From: Minisyncoccia bacterium
GTDB lineage: Bacteria; Patescibacteriota; Minisyncoccia; Phycocordibacterales; SBAW01
Direction: 5' to 3'
DNA length: 64,000 nucleotides
Assembly: GCA_049997855.1 (NCBI GenBank)
Contig: JBEKSG010000002.1
Coordinates: forward strand, 16,996-80,995
Position 1 is the first letter of the stretch. The number at the start of each line of letters is the position of its first letter. The translations under genes and the position numbers were made by a program. The notes under the pieces were generated by a model. It saw nothing but the letters and a program-made list of their open reading frames with translations. It was not told where the DNA came from and did not search any database. Shown one piece after another: positions 8,628 to 18,678 of this stretch.

Positions 8628-11600
8628 ATGATTAAAAGCATTACAAAGAAAGTGTCCGTCCGCGTCGCGGCCGGCGCTATCGGTTTTGCGATGGTCGTGT
8701 CTGGCTTTAGTGTTCTCGCCGCGCCGGCTTTTGCCGCAGGCCTCACTTCGGCTCAGATATCCTCCATCCTTTCGTTGCTGCAGTCTTTCGGGGCTGACCA
8801 AGGCACGATAAACAACGTCAATGCGGCGCTCAATGGCCAGGCGACAACCGGCACTACCGGTTCGACCACCGGCGGCGCGTGTCCGGCTCTCACCCGCGAC
8901 CTTTCGCAGGGTTCGACCGGTACTGACGTTCAGGCTCTCCAGCAGTTCCTCAACAGCAATGTAAACACGCAAGTGGCATCTGCTGGCGCAGGTTCTCCCG
9001 GCAATGAGTCGACCTACTTCGGCGCTCTCACCACCGCGGCAGTTGAAAAGTTCCAGTCGGCTAACGGCGTTTCTCCGGTAGCGGGCTATGTCGGACCTAT
9101 CACTCGCGCGGCTATCGCGGCAGTGTGCGGCAATATCACCGGCACTGGCACCGGCACCGGCACAGGAACCGGCACTGGCACTGGCGGCACCGGCACCGCA
9201 GCTGGCACTGCAGTAGTTTCGGCAGCAGCACAGCCGGCTAACACGATTGCTCCGTACAACGCAGCGCGTGTTCCGTTTACGGCTTTCACCATCACCGCCA
9301 ATGGCGCTCCGGTGACCATAAACAGCGTCAGCGTGGTACGCCAGGGTCCATCGCTTGATACCGACTTCGCAGGCGTCGTTCTCATCAACGCTTCAACCGG
9401 TGTCCAGATTGGCACTGCGCGCGTACTTGACGCCAACCACTCGGCAACCATCGGCTCTGCTATCACCATCCCAGCTGGTACCTCGCAGACCTTTTGGGTA
9501 GCAGGCAACGTCTCGGCTACTCCGGGTGCCGGTGATATCGCTTCGTTTGCAGTTACCGCAATCAACACTGCTTCAACCGTATCCGGCTCGCTCCCTATCG
9601 TCGGTGCAAGCAATACGTTTAACGCAACCTTGACTATCGGTACCGCAACCATCCAAGCATCTTCGTTTGATCCGAACTCGGCTTCATCCCAGCCTATAGG
9701 TACGACGGGCTACCGCTTTAGCGCCATCCGCATTCAGGCGGGTGCGGCTGAGGACACGACCTTCAAGTCAATCACGTGGTACAACTCCGGCTCGGCTTCC
9801 GGTCTCCAAAATATCGTAACGGTAGTTAACGGCACTTCGTATCCTACCGTAGTTGACTCGACCGGCCGCTACTACACCAGCGTCTTCCCCTCGGGCATCG
9901 TAATCCCGAAGGGTCAGTCGGTTGATGTGTACGTGCAGGGCGACTTGGGTAGCAACACGACGGCAAGCACGGTTGCCGAGTTTGACATTTACCGCAACAC
10001 CGATATCTACCTCACCGGCAACACCTATGGCTTTGGCATTACGCCGACCATTGGCTCGCTCGGTACCATCAGCACTGCTGCTACGCACGGCTCAAACTTT
10101 GCAGCATCACAAACTGGTAATCCGTTCTTCCAGGGCTCAACCGTTAGCGTAACTGCAGGCACGTTCTCGACCATCCAGAACGCAAGTTCGGTCGGCGCGC
10201 AGAACATCGCGGTTAATGTTACCGGTCAGCCTCTTGGCGGATTCCAGACCAACCTCACCGGCGAGTCTATACAGGCACAGTCAGTAATTGTGCACTTCAC
10301 CACAAGCGCTGTGATGTATCCAATGACCAACATCTCGCTTGTTGATGAAACAGGCAAAGTGGTTTCCGGTCCGTACAACGCAAAATGCGATGATACCGCC
10401 ACTGACGACGCTCCTACAGGTGCAGGGGCGACCACAGTCGCCACCACCGCATGCGTCGACCCGTATCAGTACGTGACCTTCTCCGGTGCTACCAACTTCC
10501 CAACCGGAACGCACACGTACACCATCCAGGGTCAGATTGCTTCGGAGACCGGCATCAATGGGTACACCATCATTGCCAGCACCAACCCGTCGGTTGATTG
10601 GACCAGTGTTACCGGCAACACGACCGGCAACTCCATCACTCCGTCGGTCACCACCTTCTCAATGAGCACGATGACCATCAAAGCGGCATCGCTTACGATT
10701 GCTAACGGCACTACGCCGACCAGCCAGCCAATCGTCGCCGGCGGTGCAAACATTCCGTTTGCCACTGTCCAGCTTGATGCATCGCAGTCGGGTGAAAATG
10801 TCCGCCTCTCGGCTATCCCGATGACGCTCACCACCGTTGGCGGCACCTTCGCCAACATCAGCGCTTGCCAGTTGTGGAACGGCACCACCGCTCTCAACAC
10901 CGGCACTCGCGTGGAAAACGGCAACACCTTCGTCAACAGCTCGGGTACTGCAAGTTCCTCTCCGGCGGCGGTTACCTTTAGCCTAGACAACTCGCTCACG
11001 ATTCCTAAGGGCACCGTGATGAGCCTCAGCCTTACCTGCAGCGTTTCTTCTTCGGAGCACGCGGGCAATACCTTCGTATGGGCAGTAGCCGCACCAACGG
11101 TTACTGGCGCAGTCTCGGGTAGCACGGTTACGCCGACCGTTGCAACCGGCGCCGGTCCGACGATGACCATCCAATCAGGCGCAACGCTCAACGCGTACAC
11201 CGACTCTTCTGCTCCGTCTTACACGGTAGCGGCAGGCGGCACAACCGGCGTTACGGCTAACGTCATCAGGTTCCGCGCAACAAATGAGGGAGTTAACCTC
11301 ACGAAGCTTGGGCTTAGTATGACCAACGCTTCGACAACCGCAAACGCAAATCAGGGGACGACGCTTGCATATGCTTCGTCTACTCCTCAGGATATTACGC
11401 AGGCGTACGTCTACGCAGGCAACAATATCTTGACAACTTCCGGCACGGCAGTAACGCCGGGTACGCTTCTCGGTACCGCTACCTTTACGGGTAATGCTAC
11501 CTTTGCTACCTCGTCGCTTACCACCGCTGTCCAGCTCCCCAACAACTTGGATGCGACCCTCGTTATCAAAGCTGACTTGGCTGCCATCGGCACGAGCCAG

Positions 11601-12371
11601 CCTGGCACTGACGGCGCTCTCATCCAGCTTGACTACCTCAACTCGCAGGGCACCGGCGCCCAGAGCGGCTCAACTATTTACGGTTCGTCTCTCACGGCAG
11701 GCACTGGCGTAGCGGGTATCCGCACCTTCCGCAGCTATCCGACCATTACGGCTGACACGTCTGTGACAAACAGCATCCTTAACGGCGATCTTATGCGCTT
11801 TAAGGTAACAGCCAATTCGTCCGGTTCTGTTGGGCTGTATAACTTCAACTTCACTGTTGCAACATCATCGGTGTTGCTTAGTAGCATAACGCTCTACGCG
11901 TACACTGACTCTGCCTACTCGCAGCCTATCTCAGGCCTCTCGAGCGGTCAGGTCAACGCTACGGCAAACACTACCTGTGCTGACACAACCAGTGTCTGCT
12001 CAGTGGCTATAAACCCAGCAAGCCCTATCGAAATCCCAGCCGGCTCGACGTACTACTTCTACCTGAAGGCAGCTACCGTCTCGCCGCAAGGTTCCGGCAG
12101 CACATACTCTGCTTCGACAGCGTTCTTGGGCGACTCAAGCTACAACGCGTTGTCGAGCACGACAGATCCGCTAGGCAAGGGTAACGGCGCATCGTATATC
12201 CCTGGTCCTAGCTATCCGCTCATGTCACAAAGGGCCAATGTTACCCCGGCTAACTTTACCTGGTCATCAAACGCTACCACTACGATTGGCGTAAATGACA
12301 ACGACTGGACAAACGGCTACGGTCTCCCTGGTCTTCCGTCAAGCGGCATCAGCGAAATCAGCCACAACTAA
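8628..12371 (+). CDS. giant cell-surface protein with N-terminal peptidoglycan-binding domain and Ser/Thr/Gly-rich beta-sandwich repeats
   Basis: signal peptide; PG_binding_1-like segment (CPALTRDLSQGSTGTDVQALQQFLN..YFGALTTAAVEKFQ); (TG)n linker; about 1000 aa of T/S/G/A-rich sequence. ORF-track TTG start trimmed to the ATG at 8628. Confidence 0.8.
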   Translation: MIKSITKKVSVRVAAGAIGFAMVVSGFSVLAAPAFAAGLTSAQISSILSLLQSFGADQGTINNVNAALNGQATTGTTGSTTGGACPALTRDLSQGSTGTDVQALQQFLNSNVNTQVASAGAGSPGNESTYFGALTTAAVEKFQSANGVSPVAGYVGPITRAAIAAVCGNITGTGTGTGTGTGTGTGGTGTAAGTAVVSAAAQPANTIAPYNAARVPFTAFTITANGAPVTINSVSVVRQGPSLDTDFAGVVLINASTGVQIGTARVLDANHSATIGSAITIPAGTSQTFWVAGNVSATPGAGDIASFAVTAINTASTVSGSLPIVGASNTFNATLTIGTATIQASSFDPNSASSQPIGTTGYRFSAIRIQAGAAEDTTFKSITWYNSGSASGLQNIVTVVNGTSYPTVVDSTGRYYTSVFPSGIVIPKGQSVDVYVQGDLGSNTTASTVAEFDIYRNTDIYLTGNTYGFGITPTIGSLGTISTAATHGSNFAASQTGNPFFQGSTVSVTAGTFSTIQNASSVGAQNIAVNVTGQPLGGFQTNLTGESIQAQSVIVHFTTSAVMYPMTNISLVDETGKVVSGPYNAKCDDTATDDAPTGAGATTVATTACVDPYQYVTFSGATNFPTGTHTYTIQGQIASETGINGYTIIASTNPSVDWTSVTGNTTGNSITPSVTTFSMSTMTIKAASLTIANGTTPTSQPIVAGGANIPFATVQLDASQSGENVRLSAIPMTLTTVGGTFANISACQLWNGTTALNTGTRVENGNTFVNSSGTASSSPAAVTFSLDNSLTIPKGTVMSLSLTCSVSSSEHAGNTFVWAVAAPTVTGAVSGSTVTPTVATGAGPTMTIQSGATLNAYTDSSAPSYTVAAGGTTGVTANVIRFRATNEGVNLTKLGLSMTNASTTANANQGTTLAYASSTPQDITQAYVYAGNNILTTSGTAVTPGTLLGTATFTGNATFATSSLTTAVQLPNNLDATLVIKADLAAIGTSQPGTDGALIQLDYLNSQGTGAQSGSTIYGSSLTAGTGVAGIRTFRSYPTITADTSVTNSILNGDLMRFKVTANSSGSVGLYNFNFTVATSSVLLSSITLYAYTDSAYSQPISGLSSGQVNATANTTCADTTSVCSVAINPASPIEIPAGSTYYFYLKAATVSPQGSGSTYSASTAFLGDSSYNALSSTTDPLGKGNGASYIPGPSYPLMSQRANVTPANFTWSSNATTTIGVNDNDWTNGYGLPGLPSSGISEISHN
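9141..9199 (+). repeat. in-frame GGCACY hexanucleotide microsatellite encoding (TG)n linker
   Basis: about 9 tandem 6-nt units. Confidence 0.6.
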
Positions 12372-12434
12372 CCTCTGGTCTCCTCGTCTCACGAGTCAGA
12401 TTGAGCTTAGACAAACAATCCTTAATGGATTCGC

Positions 12435-12463
12435 AAAAGCCCCCTCTCTTGAGGGGGCTTTTG
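12435..12463 (+). terminator. rho-independent terminator (AAAAGCCCCCTC-tctt-GAGGGGGCTTTT)
   Basis: perfect 8-bp GC stem, A-run before and T-run after, 64 nt after the stop of the giant gene. Confidence 0.7.
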
Positions 12464-12511
12464 TATTGGGGAGCTTGTCTTGAGTTTTGTCGAAGGGTAC
12501 ACTGTATATAT

Positions 12512-13216
12512 ATGCAAAATAAAAATTTCCTCTGGCTCGGCATCGGCATTGTTGTGGCGATAGCATTGGCTGCCAGCTTCTTTTTTCTCGGTCCTCACTC
12601 GGCATTGGCTCCTACGCAAAACCCTTCAACCCAAACGGGGAGTACAACCGCTACATCACTTGGCAACGGAGTTTCGGTAGGCACCACCAATGGCAATGTA
12701 ACCGTCACCGAAATGCCGCTTTCCTCAGGTATCCAAGCGCCCAATCTTGATTATACAGTTGCATACTCAAGCAGCCTCCCGTCCGATGCTGTCTCCGCGC
12801 TTAAAACTCAGATAGCAACGCTCGCAAGCGAGCTTAAAAAAGATCCTTCTCAAAGCGATAACTGGCTCCAACTTGCTATCGACTATAAAATCGCGGGTGA
12901 CTACGATGCAGCCGCCGCGGTGTGGATATATCTCACCAAAGTTGCGCCGACAAGCTACATTGCCTATGGCGACTTGGGCGACCTCTACATGAACTTCCAA
13001 ATCAATTACCCTAAAGCGGAGGCTAATTATCTCCAAGCGATAGCATTAGATCCGCACGTCATCGACTACTATCGCGACCTCTACACGCTCTACACGAGCT
13101 TTTACAAAACCAACACCACTGCGGCGGCCGACATCGTAACTCAAGGTCTTAAAGCAAACCCCAACAATCCCGACCTTTTGAAGCTCCAATCGCAATTAAA
13201 AACTTCCCCCCACTAA
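12512..13216 (+). CDS. membrane-anchored TPR-like repeat protein
   Basis: N-terminal TM helix; C-terminal helical repeats (AGDYDAAAAVWIYL, AEANYLQAIALDP); ORF-track TTG extension rejected because it overlaps the terminator. Confidence 0.6.
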   Translation: MQNKNFLWLGIGIVVAIALAASFFFLGPHSALAPTQNPSTQTGSTTATSLGNGVSVGTTNGNVTVTEMPLSSGIQAPNLDYTVAYSSSLPSDAVSALKTQIATLASELKKDPSQSDNWLQLAIDYKIAGDYDAAAAVWIYLTKVAPTSYIAYGDLGDLYMNFQINYPKAEANYLQAIALDPHVIDYYRDLYTLYTSFYKTNTTAAADIVTQGLKANPNNPDLLKLQSQLKTSPH

Positions 13217-13237
13217 CTTCAAGGACCGTCCTTGAAG
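13217..13237. repeat. perfect palindrome CTTCAAGGACCGTCCTTGAAG (left end of the RAYT element)
   Basis: seen directly; begins 1 nt after the TPR gene stop. Confidence 0.7.
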
Positions 13238-13265
13238 TTGTTGTGTGCGGTGGTATATTCGGCCG

Positions 13266-13949
13266 ATGCAGAGGCAGGTCGCACTCGTTGAAGAGGAAAC
13301 TTATCACCTCTATAATCGTGGCGCTCACAAGAGAGATATCTTCAATACTAAAGAGGATTACGCACGGTTTCTTGCTCTACTTCATCTCTCCAACAACACC
13401 GAGCCCATTCATATAAGTAAACTTCTCCTTACTCCCAAATATCAAGGACGGTCCTTGAGGTCGGTATTTGAGGAGGAACCCACGGACAAAGCACTTGTCG
13501 ATATTTTTGCGTATTGTCTAATGCCGAACCATTTTCATATCGTATTAAGACAAAAATGCGAGCAGGGTATTACTATTTTTATGAGGAGACTGCTCACCGG
13601 ATACTCGATGTATTTTAATACCAAATATGGACATAGTGGCACTATGTTCCAGGGGAGATTTAAAAGTAGTTACGTAGATTCTGAAGAATATTTTCGATAT
13701 ATCTTTGCATATGCGCATCTCAATCCGCTCGGTCTCTTTCAGGCGGATTGGAAAGAGTCGGGTATTAGAAACAAAGAAGGAGCACGCTCGTTTCTCAATA
13801 GATATCCTTACTCAAGTTTTATAGATTATCCAAAAAGTAATCGTCCTGAGGGTGCCATTCTTTCTCTTGCAGATGCCCCCGATTTTCTGAAAAACCAAAA
13901 CGATTTGGAAGATCTCCTCAGGTGGCAAGACTTCAAGGACGGTCCTTGA
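13266..13949 (+). CDS. Y1 HUH transposase, RAYT / IS200 family
   Basis: HUH motif AYCLMPNHFHIVL; Tyr motif region YAHLNPLGL .. YPYSSF matches the RAYT pattern (Y...NP ... YPYSS). ORF-track GTG at 13245 trimmed to the ATG at 13266. Confidence 0.75.
   Translation: MQRQVALVEEETYHLYNRGAHKRDIFNTKEDYARFLALLHLSNNTEPIHISKLLLTPKYQGRSLRSVFEEEPTDKALVDIFAYCLMPNHFHIVLRQKCEQGITIFMRRLLTGYSMYFNTKYGHSGTMFQGRFKSSYVDSEEYFRYIFAYAHLNPLGLFQADWKESGIRNKEGARSFLNRYPYSSFIDYPKSNRPEGAILSLADAPDFLKNQNDLEDLLRWQDFKDGP
13442..13458. repeat. third copy of the palindrome (TCAAGGACGGTCCTTGA) inside the transposase coding region
   Basis: perfect 17-nt palindrome encoding YQGRSLR in frame. Confidence 0.7.
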
Positions 13950-13953
13950 AGTC
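13929..13953. repeat. perfect palindrome GACTTCAAGGACGGTCCTTGAAGTC (right end, overlaps the transposase stop codon)
   Basis: seen directly; loop base inverted relative to the left copy. Confidence 0.7.
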
Positions 13954-13975
13954 TCGAGGTTAGGAGTGGAAATTT

Positions 13976-15004
13976 GTGCTATATTATTTAAAACGGTTTA
14001 TGACTACGCACGGCATAGGATGGCGGGCAATTGCAACAGTAGTCATCATTGTGCTCGTCGCTTTTGCACTTGGCTGGTTTATCAAAGGTCGGCGGGACAA
14101 TGTGGTACAGCCGCAATCATTGCGGCTCAGCGGCTACACGTTTATCGACCCGCTTCTTGCGTGCAACATCAACAACTCCAATGCTTACGCACAAAACAAA
14201 CTATTGAGCCAAGAGTTGCAGAGTATTATCGACACTGCCAAAAACAACGGCACGATAAGCAAAGCGAGCGTCTACTTTGTTAATTTTAAAACCGGTGCAT
14301 GGGCAAACGTGTATGGCGACGAGCTGTTTTATCCCTCGAGCTTGGGCAAAATACCGCTCATGATTGCCTACTATCAAGAGTCCGAGAACGACCCGAGCAT
14401 TCTTACTCAAGAGTTGGCATATCCGGTTGGCAGTACTGACTTGAACCAGATGCAGGATATTGCGCCAGCTAAAGCTATCGTGCCCGGGCAGTCGTACACG
14501 GTGGAGCAGCTCATCGAGTACATGATTAAGTACTCCGACAACAACGCCACGGCTTTACTCGATGCCAATATCAATCAGGATACACTTGCCCGCGTATATG
14601 GCGACCTCGACATCCCTTCGGAAGATAATGTAAATATCGCCAATGCCGATTTTGTCACCGCGCACCAGGTTGCCACCATGTTCCGCGTGCTGTACAACGC
14701 AACCTATCTTTGGCGCAGCAACTCCGAAAAGGCTTTGCAATTGCTTAGTCAATCAAGCTTTACGCAAGGGCTTGTGGCGGGTGTCGCGAGCACTACGGTT
14801 GTTTCGCACAAGCTCGGTCTGGTAGGTATCGCTCCAAACGGAGTAACCACCGAGCACGAGCTACACGACTGCGGCATTGTCTACGCCAAAGTTCCGTATC
14901 TTATATGTGTGATGACACGAGGGGCAGGCTCGCTCCCAAATATGGAGAGTGTTATTGCGCAGCTCTCAAAGGCGGCATACCAGAGCGTGCAAAATAGCAA
15001 ATAA
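13976..15004 (+). CDS. class A beta-lactamase-like serine hydrolase, membrane anchored
   Basis: SxxK (SLGK), SDN (YSDNNAT) and KxG (HKLG) motifs in class-A order; N-terminal TM helix. Confidence 0.6.
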   Translation: MLYYLKRFMTTHGIGWRAIATVVIIVLVAFALGWFIKGRRDNVVQPQSLRLSGYTFIDPLLACNINNSNAYAQNKLLSQELQSIIDTAKNNGTISKASVYFVNFKTGAWANVYGDELFYPSSLGKIPLMIAYYQESENDPSILTQELAYPVGSTDLNQMQDIAPAKAIVPGQSYTVEQLIEYMIKYSDNNATALLDANINQDTLARVYGDLDIPSEDNVNIANADFVTAHQVATMFRVLYNATYLWRSNSEKALQLLSQSSFTQGLVAGVASTTVVSHKLGLVGIAPNGVTTEHELHDCGIVYAKVPYLICVMTRGAGSLPNMESVIAQLSKAAYQSVQNSK

Positions 15005-15117
15005 AGCACAAGCCACTTATCCCCACCTCACCCTGGATATCCTTGGAAAAAGGCTATCATTAACATACATCCTCCGATTATTTTAATTAGGAGTGTTTTA
15101 TTTAATAAATATATATT

Positions 15118-16902
15118 ATGTTTTCAAACATTAATTTTGGTAGGACAGATATGCACTGTCTCGCGGTGCTCGCCTTGGGGGTAGTGATTGCTTCTTTGGT
15201 ACTTTCACTTGTGCTTTCTCCTCAAAAGGCATTTGCATCGACTCCTATACCCATTACCGGAGGGAGCATTCATATTCAGTCCGACAACATTGCCTCCTCC
15301 ACGCTCGCCAGCAGCACGAGCAAAATCGGCATTTATTTTAACACAGCTTCTCCTATTACCCTTTCTGCGGCGACTTCGACTATTAGGATCATGGGCGGGA
15401 GCTTAGCGTCAACCACCATCTCGCTTGTGGCGGGGACCACCTACACCTATGTCGCCACCACGACCCTTACCGCCGGACAAAATCCGTCTGACGGGCCGCT
15501 CACTTTTGCCATCTTTTTTGTGAGCAATGACTATGGCACCACAACAGCGTATGCGACCACCGACGGCTCCTCGGTTACACTGAGCAGTGTTAAGCCGCAC
15601 GTAGTCGGGCCGATAACGATCGTCTCCAATAACACCAACAACACTGCGCTCGCGAGTTCGACTAACGTGGTAACCCTCACCTTCCACACGGACGAAGCCA
15701 TCCAGGCGCCGACGGTAACCTTGGGTGCGCATGCGATTGTCGCAGTTACTTCAAATCCGACCGCGAGTACCACGTGGACGGCAACCGATTCATCGCTGAG
15801 CGGCGATTCACAGGGCGTGATTACGTTTAGCATCCCGGCGACCGACTTTTATGGCAATGCAACAACAACACCAGCAACGTGGACTACTAATGCTTCTTCG
15901 GTCACCTACGACTCAGTCGCTCCGACAGTAACACCGAGCACTATCACTTCAAACAATACCAATACCGCACTCGCAAAGTCGGGCAATACTGTGGTTCTCC
16001 ACTTTACCTCCAACGAAGCGATACTGGCGCCGACTGTTACGATAGGAGCACACACTGGCATTACTGCAGTTGATGTAAGTGCGAGTACCACGTGGACCGC
16101 GACCGCAGCGATAGATGCCACAGACTCGGATGGCACGCTTACTTTTAGCATCGCGACGCCGCACGATATGGCCGGCAATGCCACCACCTCGGCATCATGG
16201 CTCTCTAGTACTGGTGTCCGCGTTGATGAGACAGCACCAACCATCACACTCCTTGGGTCCAGCCCTGTTAACATGTATCAAAATGCAACCTATAGCGACG
16301 CCGGGGCGACTGCATCAGATAGCTATGATGGCGATATTACTTCCTCTATTGTTACAACCAACCCGGTTAATGTAGCAACACCCGGCACCTATACGGTAAC
16401 GTATAACGTGTCGGATGCCGCCGGCAATGCAGCAACGCAGGTAACTCGTACTGTCATTGTCAACGGTGCCGGCGGTGGAGTTTCTGGCGGCGGCCCGCTT
16501 TCTGTTGGCTATGTAAACAGCGGAGGTGGCGGCGGCTGGACCTATCAGCCGGCGACTATCCCAACTGATTCCACGGGAGGAATTTCGACAGGTGTCGCGT
16601 CTTCTGGTTCGCATAGATTTGCTGCTCTTACGCTTGCATTAAAACGAGGAATGAAAAACGGTACTGCAGTGCAAGTGCTTCAAGAGATGCTCAATCAGGA
16701 TCCTTCAACTCAAGTAACCGCTACAGGGCCGGGCTCGCTCGGTAACGAGACAACTTTCTTCGGTGCAATGACCGAGGCTGCTGTCCAAAAGTTTCAAGCA
16801 AAATATGGCATCGTGTCATCGGGTACACCTGCAACAACCGGCTATGGAGCTGTTGGCCCAAAAACACGCGCAAAGCTCAATGCACTGTACGGCCAACAGT
16901 AG
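15118..16902 (+). CDS. cell-surface protein with three tandem Ig-like repeats of about 105 aa, a DUF5011-like Ig-like domain and a C-terminal peptidoglycan-binding domain
   Basis: signal peptide; repeats ([21 protein letters not shown] / [21 protein letters not shown]); C-terminal PG_binding_1-like segment ([26 protein letters not shown]). Confidence 0.75.
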   Translation: MFSNINFGRTDMHCLAVLALGVVIASLVLSLVLSPQKAFASTPIPITGGSIHIQSDNIASSTLASSTSKIGIYFNTASPITLSAATSTIRIMGGSLASTTISLVAGTTYTYVATTTLTAGQNPSDGPLTFAIFFVSNDYGTTTAYATTDGSSVTLSSVKPHVVGPITIVSNNTNNTALASSTNVVTLTFHTDEAIQAPTVTLGAHAIVAVTSNPTASTTWTATDSSLSGDSQGVITFSIPATDFYGNATTTPATWTTNASSVTYDSVAPTVTPSTITSNNTNTALAKSGNTVVLHFTSNEAILAPTVTIGAHTGITAVDVSASTTWTATAAIDATDSDGTLTFSIATPHDMAGNATTSASWLSSTGVRVDETAPTITLLGSSPVNMYQNATYSDAGATASDSYDGDITSSIVTTNPVNVATPGTYTVTYNVSDAAGNAATQVTRTVIVNGAGGGVSGGGPLSVGYVNSGGGGGWTYQPATIPTDSTGGISTGVASSGSHRFAALTLALKRGMKNGTAVQVLQEMLNQDPSTQVTATGPGSLGNETTFFGAMTEAAVQKFQAKYGIVSSGTPATTGYGAVGPKTRAKLNALYGQQ

Positions 16903-16999
16903 CTCTATATACTTCGTAGGCATTGTGTAGTAAGCTGGTAAGCAGTCTAATGGAGACTAAGAAACGGGGTCGGGTTTCTCACGCAAAATAAATAACACT

Positions 17000-17200
17000 A
17001 TGACAGGCACCATCAAAACCTTGGTTAAGGATAGGGGATACGGATTTATCTCCCGCGAAGGCGAGACAAAGGATCTCTTTTTCCACTCCAAGGACCTCAA
17101 CGGCGTAATGTTCGATGATCTCAAAGAGGGCGACACGCTCCACTTTGAGGTTGCGGAAGGCCCAAAAGGTCTAAGCGCAGTAAACGTTACACGCGCGTAA
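17000..17200 (+). CDS. cold-shock protein (CspA family)
   Basis: 66 aa; RNP-like motifs KDRGYGFI and DLFFHSK. Confidence 0.85.
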   Translation: MTGTIKTLVKDRGYGFISREGETKDLFFHSKDLNGVMFDDLKEGDTLHFEVAEGPKGLSAVNVTRA

Positions 17201-17216
17201 ATCCGCGCCCGTATAC

Positions 17217-17259
17217 AAAAACGCCCCTCGCGACCACGCTGGCACGAAGGGGCGTTTTT
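17217..17259 (+). terminator. rho-independent terminator after the csp gene
   Basis: AAAACGCCCCT ... AGGGGCGTTTTT. Confidence 0.6.
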
Positions 17260-17550
17260 GCGTATGATGATAAGTGCGACCCATGGACAGGTTTTTTACT
17301 AAAACTTTTTTTAAATTCTTTTTTGCCTTTCTTGTCATCATTGGCGCGGCGTTTGGCGTGTTGCTCTATGCTGCGTCACAAGAGTCGCCCCAGGTGAGCC
17401 CTGTTGACAATGTAGCTCTGCCGCAGTAAGGTCAACGCATAGGGTCAGAGACAGCGGGCTTCTCCGGTTTATAAACTATGGAGATTTAATGCCAAAAGGC
17501 GCCTGCCGAGACGGTCGAACTCAAGCCCGAGCGGAATCCTAGTCCGCGAG

Positions 17551-17586
17551 CCCTGTTAAATCCGCTTTGCGGAATATTTAACAGGG
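17551..17586 (+). promoter_or_regulatory. candidate L10 leader-type autoregulatory structure (nested hairpin CCCTGTTAAAT[CCGCTTTGCGG]AATATTTAACAGGG)
   Basis: long 5' UTR upstream of rplJ; 11-bp outer stem enclosing a small hairpin, 35 nt before the rplJ ATG. Confidence 0.3.
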
Positions 17587-17621
17587 CCAAGATTTCTAAT
17601 CACTAGACGTTTAAGAAATCT

Positions 17622-18122
17622 ATGGCAATTACACGACAAAAAAAAGAGGAAGTAGTGGCAAAAGTTGAGGGCATTGCAACGCAATCCTCGACCATCGTGT
17701 TTGCGCATGTGACAAAACTCGGTGTTGCTGAGCAAAACGAAATGCGGAGAGCTTTGCGCGCACAAAATGTGGGGTACACCATTGCCAAAAAAACCCTGCT
17801 CAATCTCGGCCTCTCCAAGGCAAAGTTTGGGGGAGCCGAGCCAAAACTCGAGGGCGAGATAGCAATAGCGTACGGCCTGCCTGCGCAGGCAGGCGCCGAC
17901 GAACTGGCGCCGGCGCGCGAGATGGCAGTCTTTATCAAAAAGTATCCCGAGCAGCTTTCCTTCGCAGGAGGCGTATTTGGCGGCGCGTTTGTCGACAGGG
18001 CACGCATTACCTCTATCGCATCGATACCGGGCATGCAAGCGCTGCGCGCGCAGTTTGTACAGCTTATTAATAGCCCTTTGCAGCGGTTTGCCGTTGTACT
18101 CAACGCAAAAGCTGAAAAATAA
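17622..18122 (+). CDS. rplJ: 50S ribosomal protein L10
   Basis: typical L10 sequence; position upstream of rplL. Confidence 0.9.
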   Translation: MAITRQKKEEVVAKVEGIATQSSTIVFAHVTKLGVAEQNEMRRALRAQNVGYTIAKKTLLNLGLSKAKFGGAEPKLEGEIAIAYGLPAQAGADELAPAREMAVFIKKYPEQLSFAGGVFGGAFVDRARITSIASIPGMQALRAQFVQLINSPLQRFAVVLNAKAEK

Positions 18123-18141
18123 AATATTAAATTAAAATTAT

Positions 18142-18555
18142 ATGGCAGACGAAACAGAAGTAAAAGACCTGCCTGCGCAGGCAGGGACTCCGGCAAAATT
18201 TAAGGCACTTATCGACTCGGTCGAAAAGATGACCGTGCTCGAGCTCCATGAGCTCGTCAAAGCGCTCGAGAATCACTGGGGCGTATCGGCGGCGGCCGTT
18301 GCGGTTGCGGCTCCAGCAGCGGCAGGCGAGGCAGCGGAGGAAAAGTCGAGCTTTAATGCTCATCTCACCGATGCCGGCGCAGCCAAAGTGCAGGTCATCA
18401 AGGCGGTTAAAGACGCGCTTGGTCTCGGTCTCAAAGAGGCAAAGGATCTCGTTGATGCGGTACCAACCGTGCTCAAAGAAGGGATGAAGAAGGAGGATGC
18501 TCAAAAGCTCAAAACGGCCGTTGAAGCAGCCGGCGGCAAAATCGAACTCAAGTAA
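18142..18555 (+). CDS. rplL: 50S ribosomal protein L7/L12
   Basis: Ala-rich hinge; C-terminal domain [24 protein letters not shown]. Confidence 0.9.
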   Translation: MADETEVKDLPAQAGTPAKFKALIDSVEKMTVLELHELVKALENHWGVSAAAVAVAAPAAAGEAAEEKSSFNAHLTDAGAAKVQVIKAVKDALGLGLKEAKDLVDAVPTVLKEGMKKEDAQKLKTAVEAAGGKIELK

Positions 18556-18589
18556 CCTACATACATACGGAGGTTTAACCTTTGTAAGC

Positions 18590-18617
18590 AAAAACCCCGC
18601 ATTATGCGGGGTTTTTG
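18590..18617 (+). terminator. rho-independent terminator (AAAAACCCCGC-attat-GCGGGGTTTTT)
   Basis: seen directly after the rplL stop. Confidence 0.7.
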
Positions 18618-18678
18618 CTTTACCACCTTTCCTCGACTAGAATATCCAGGTACCGGTTGATACGCTTACTGATACCGC

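Larger units (their letters stand above)
13217..13953 (+). mobile_element. compact REP-associated tyrosine transposase (RAYT) / IS200-like element bounded by perfect palindromes
   Basis: HUH Y1 transposase gene flanked by two 21-25 nt perfect palindromes at 13217-13237 and 13929-13953. Confidence 0.6.

Noticed and set aside
9141-9199. Tandem GGCACY repeats as a possible CRISPR or other noncoding array
   Set aside because: The 6-nt unit has no spacers and lies in frame inside a coding sequence, giving a (TG)n peptide linker. It is not a CRISPR array. No CRISPR-like repeat-spacer structure was seen anywhere in the window.
12401-12511. TTG-initiated extension of the TPR-protein ORF
   Set aside because: It runs through the strong terminator hairpin of the upstream gene. 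ATG 12512 precedes the TM helix.
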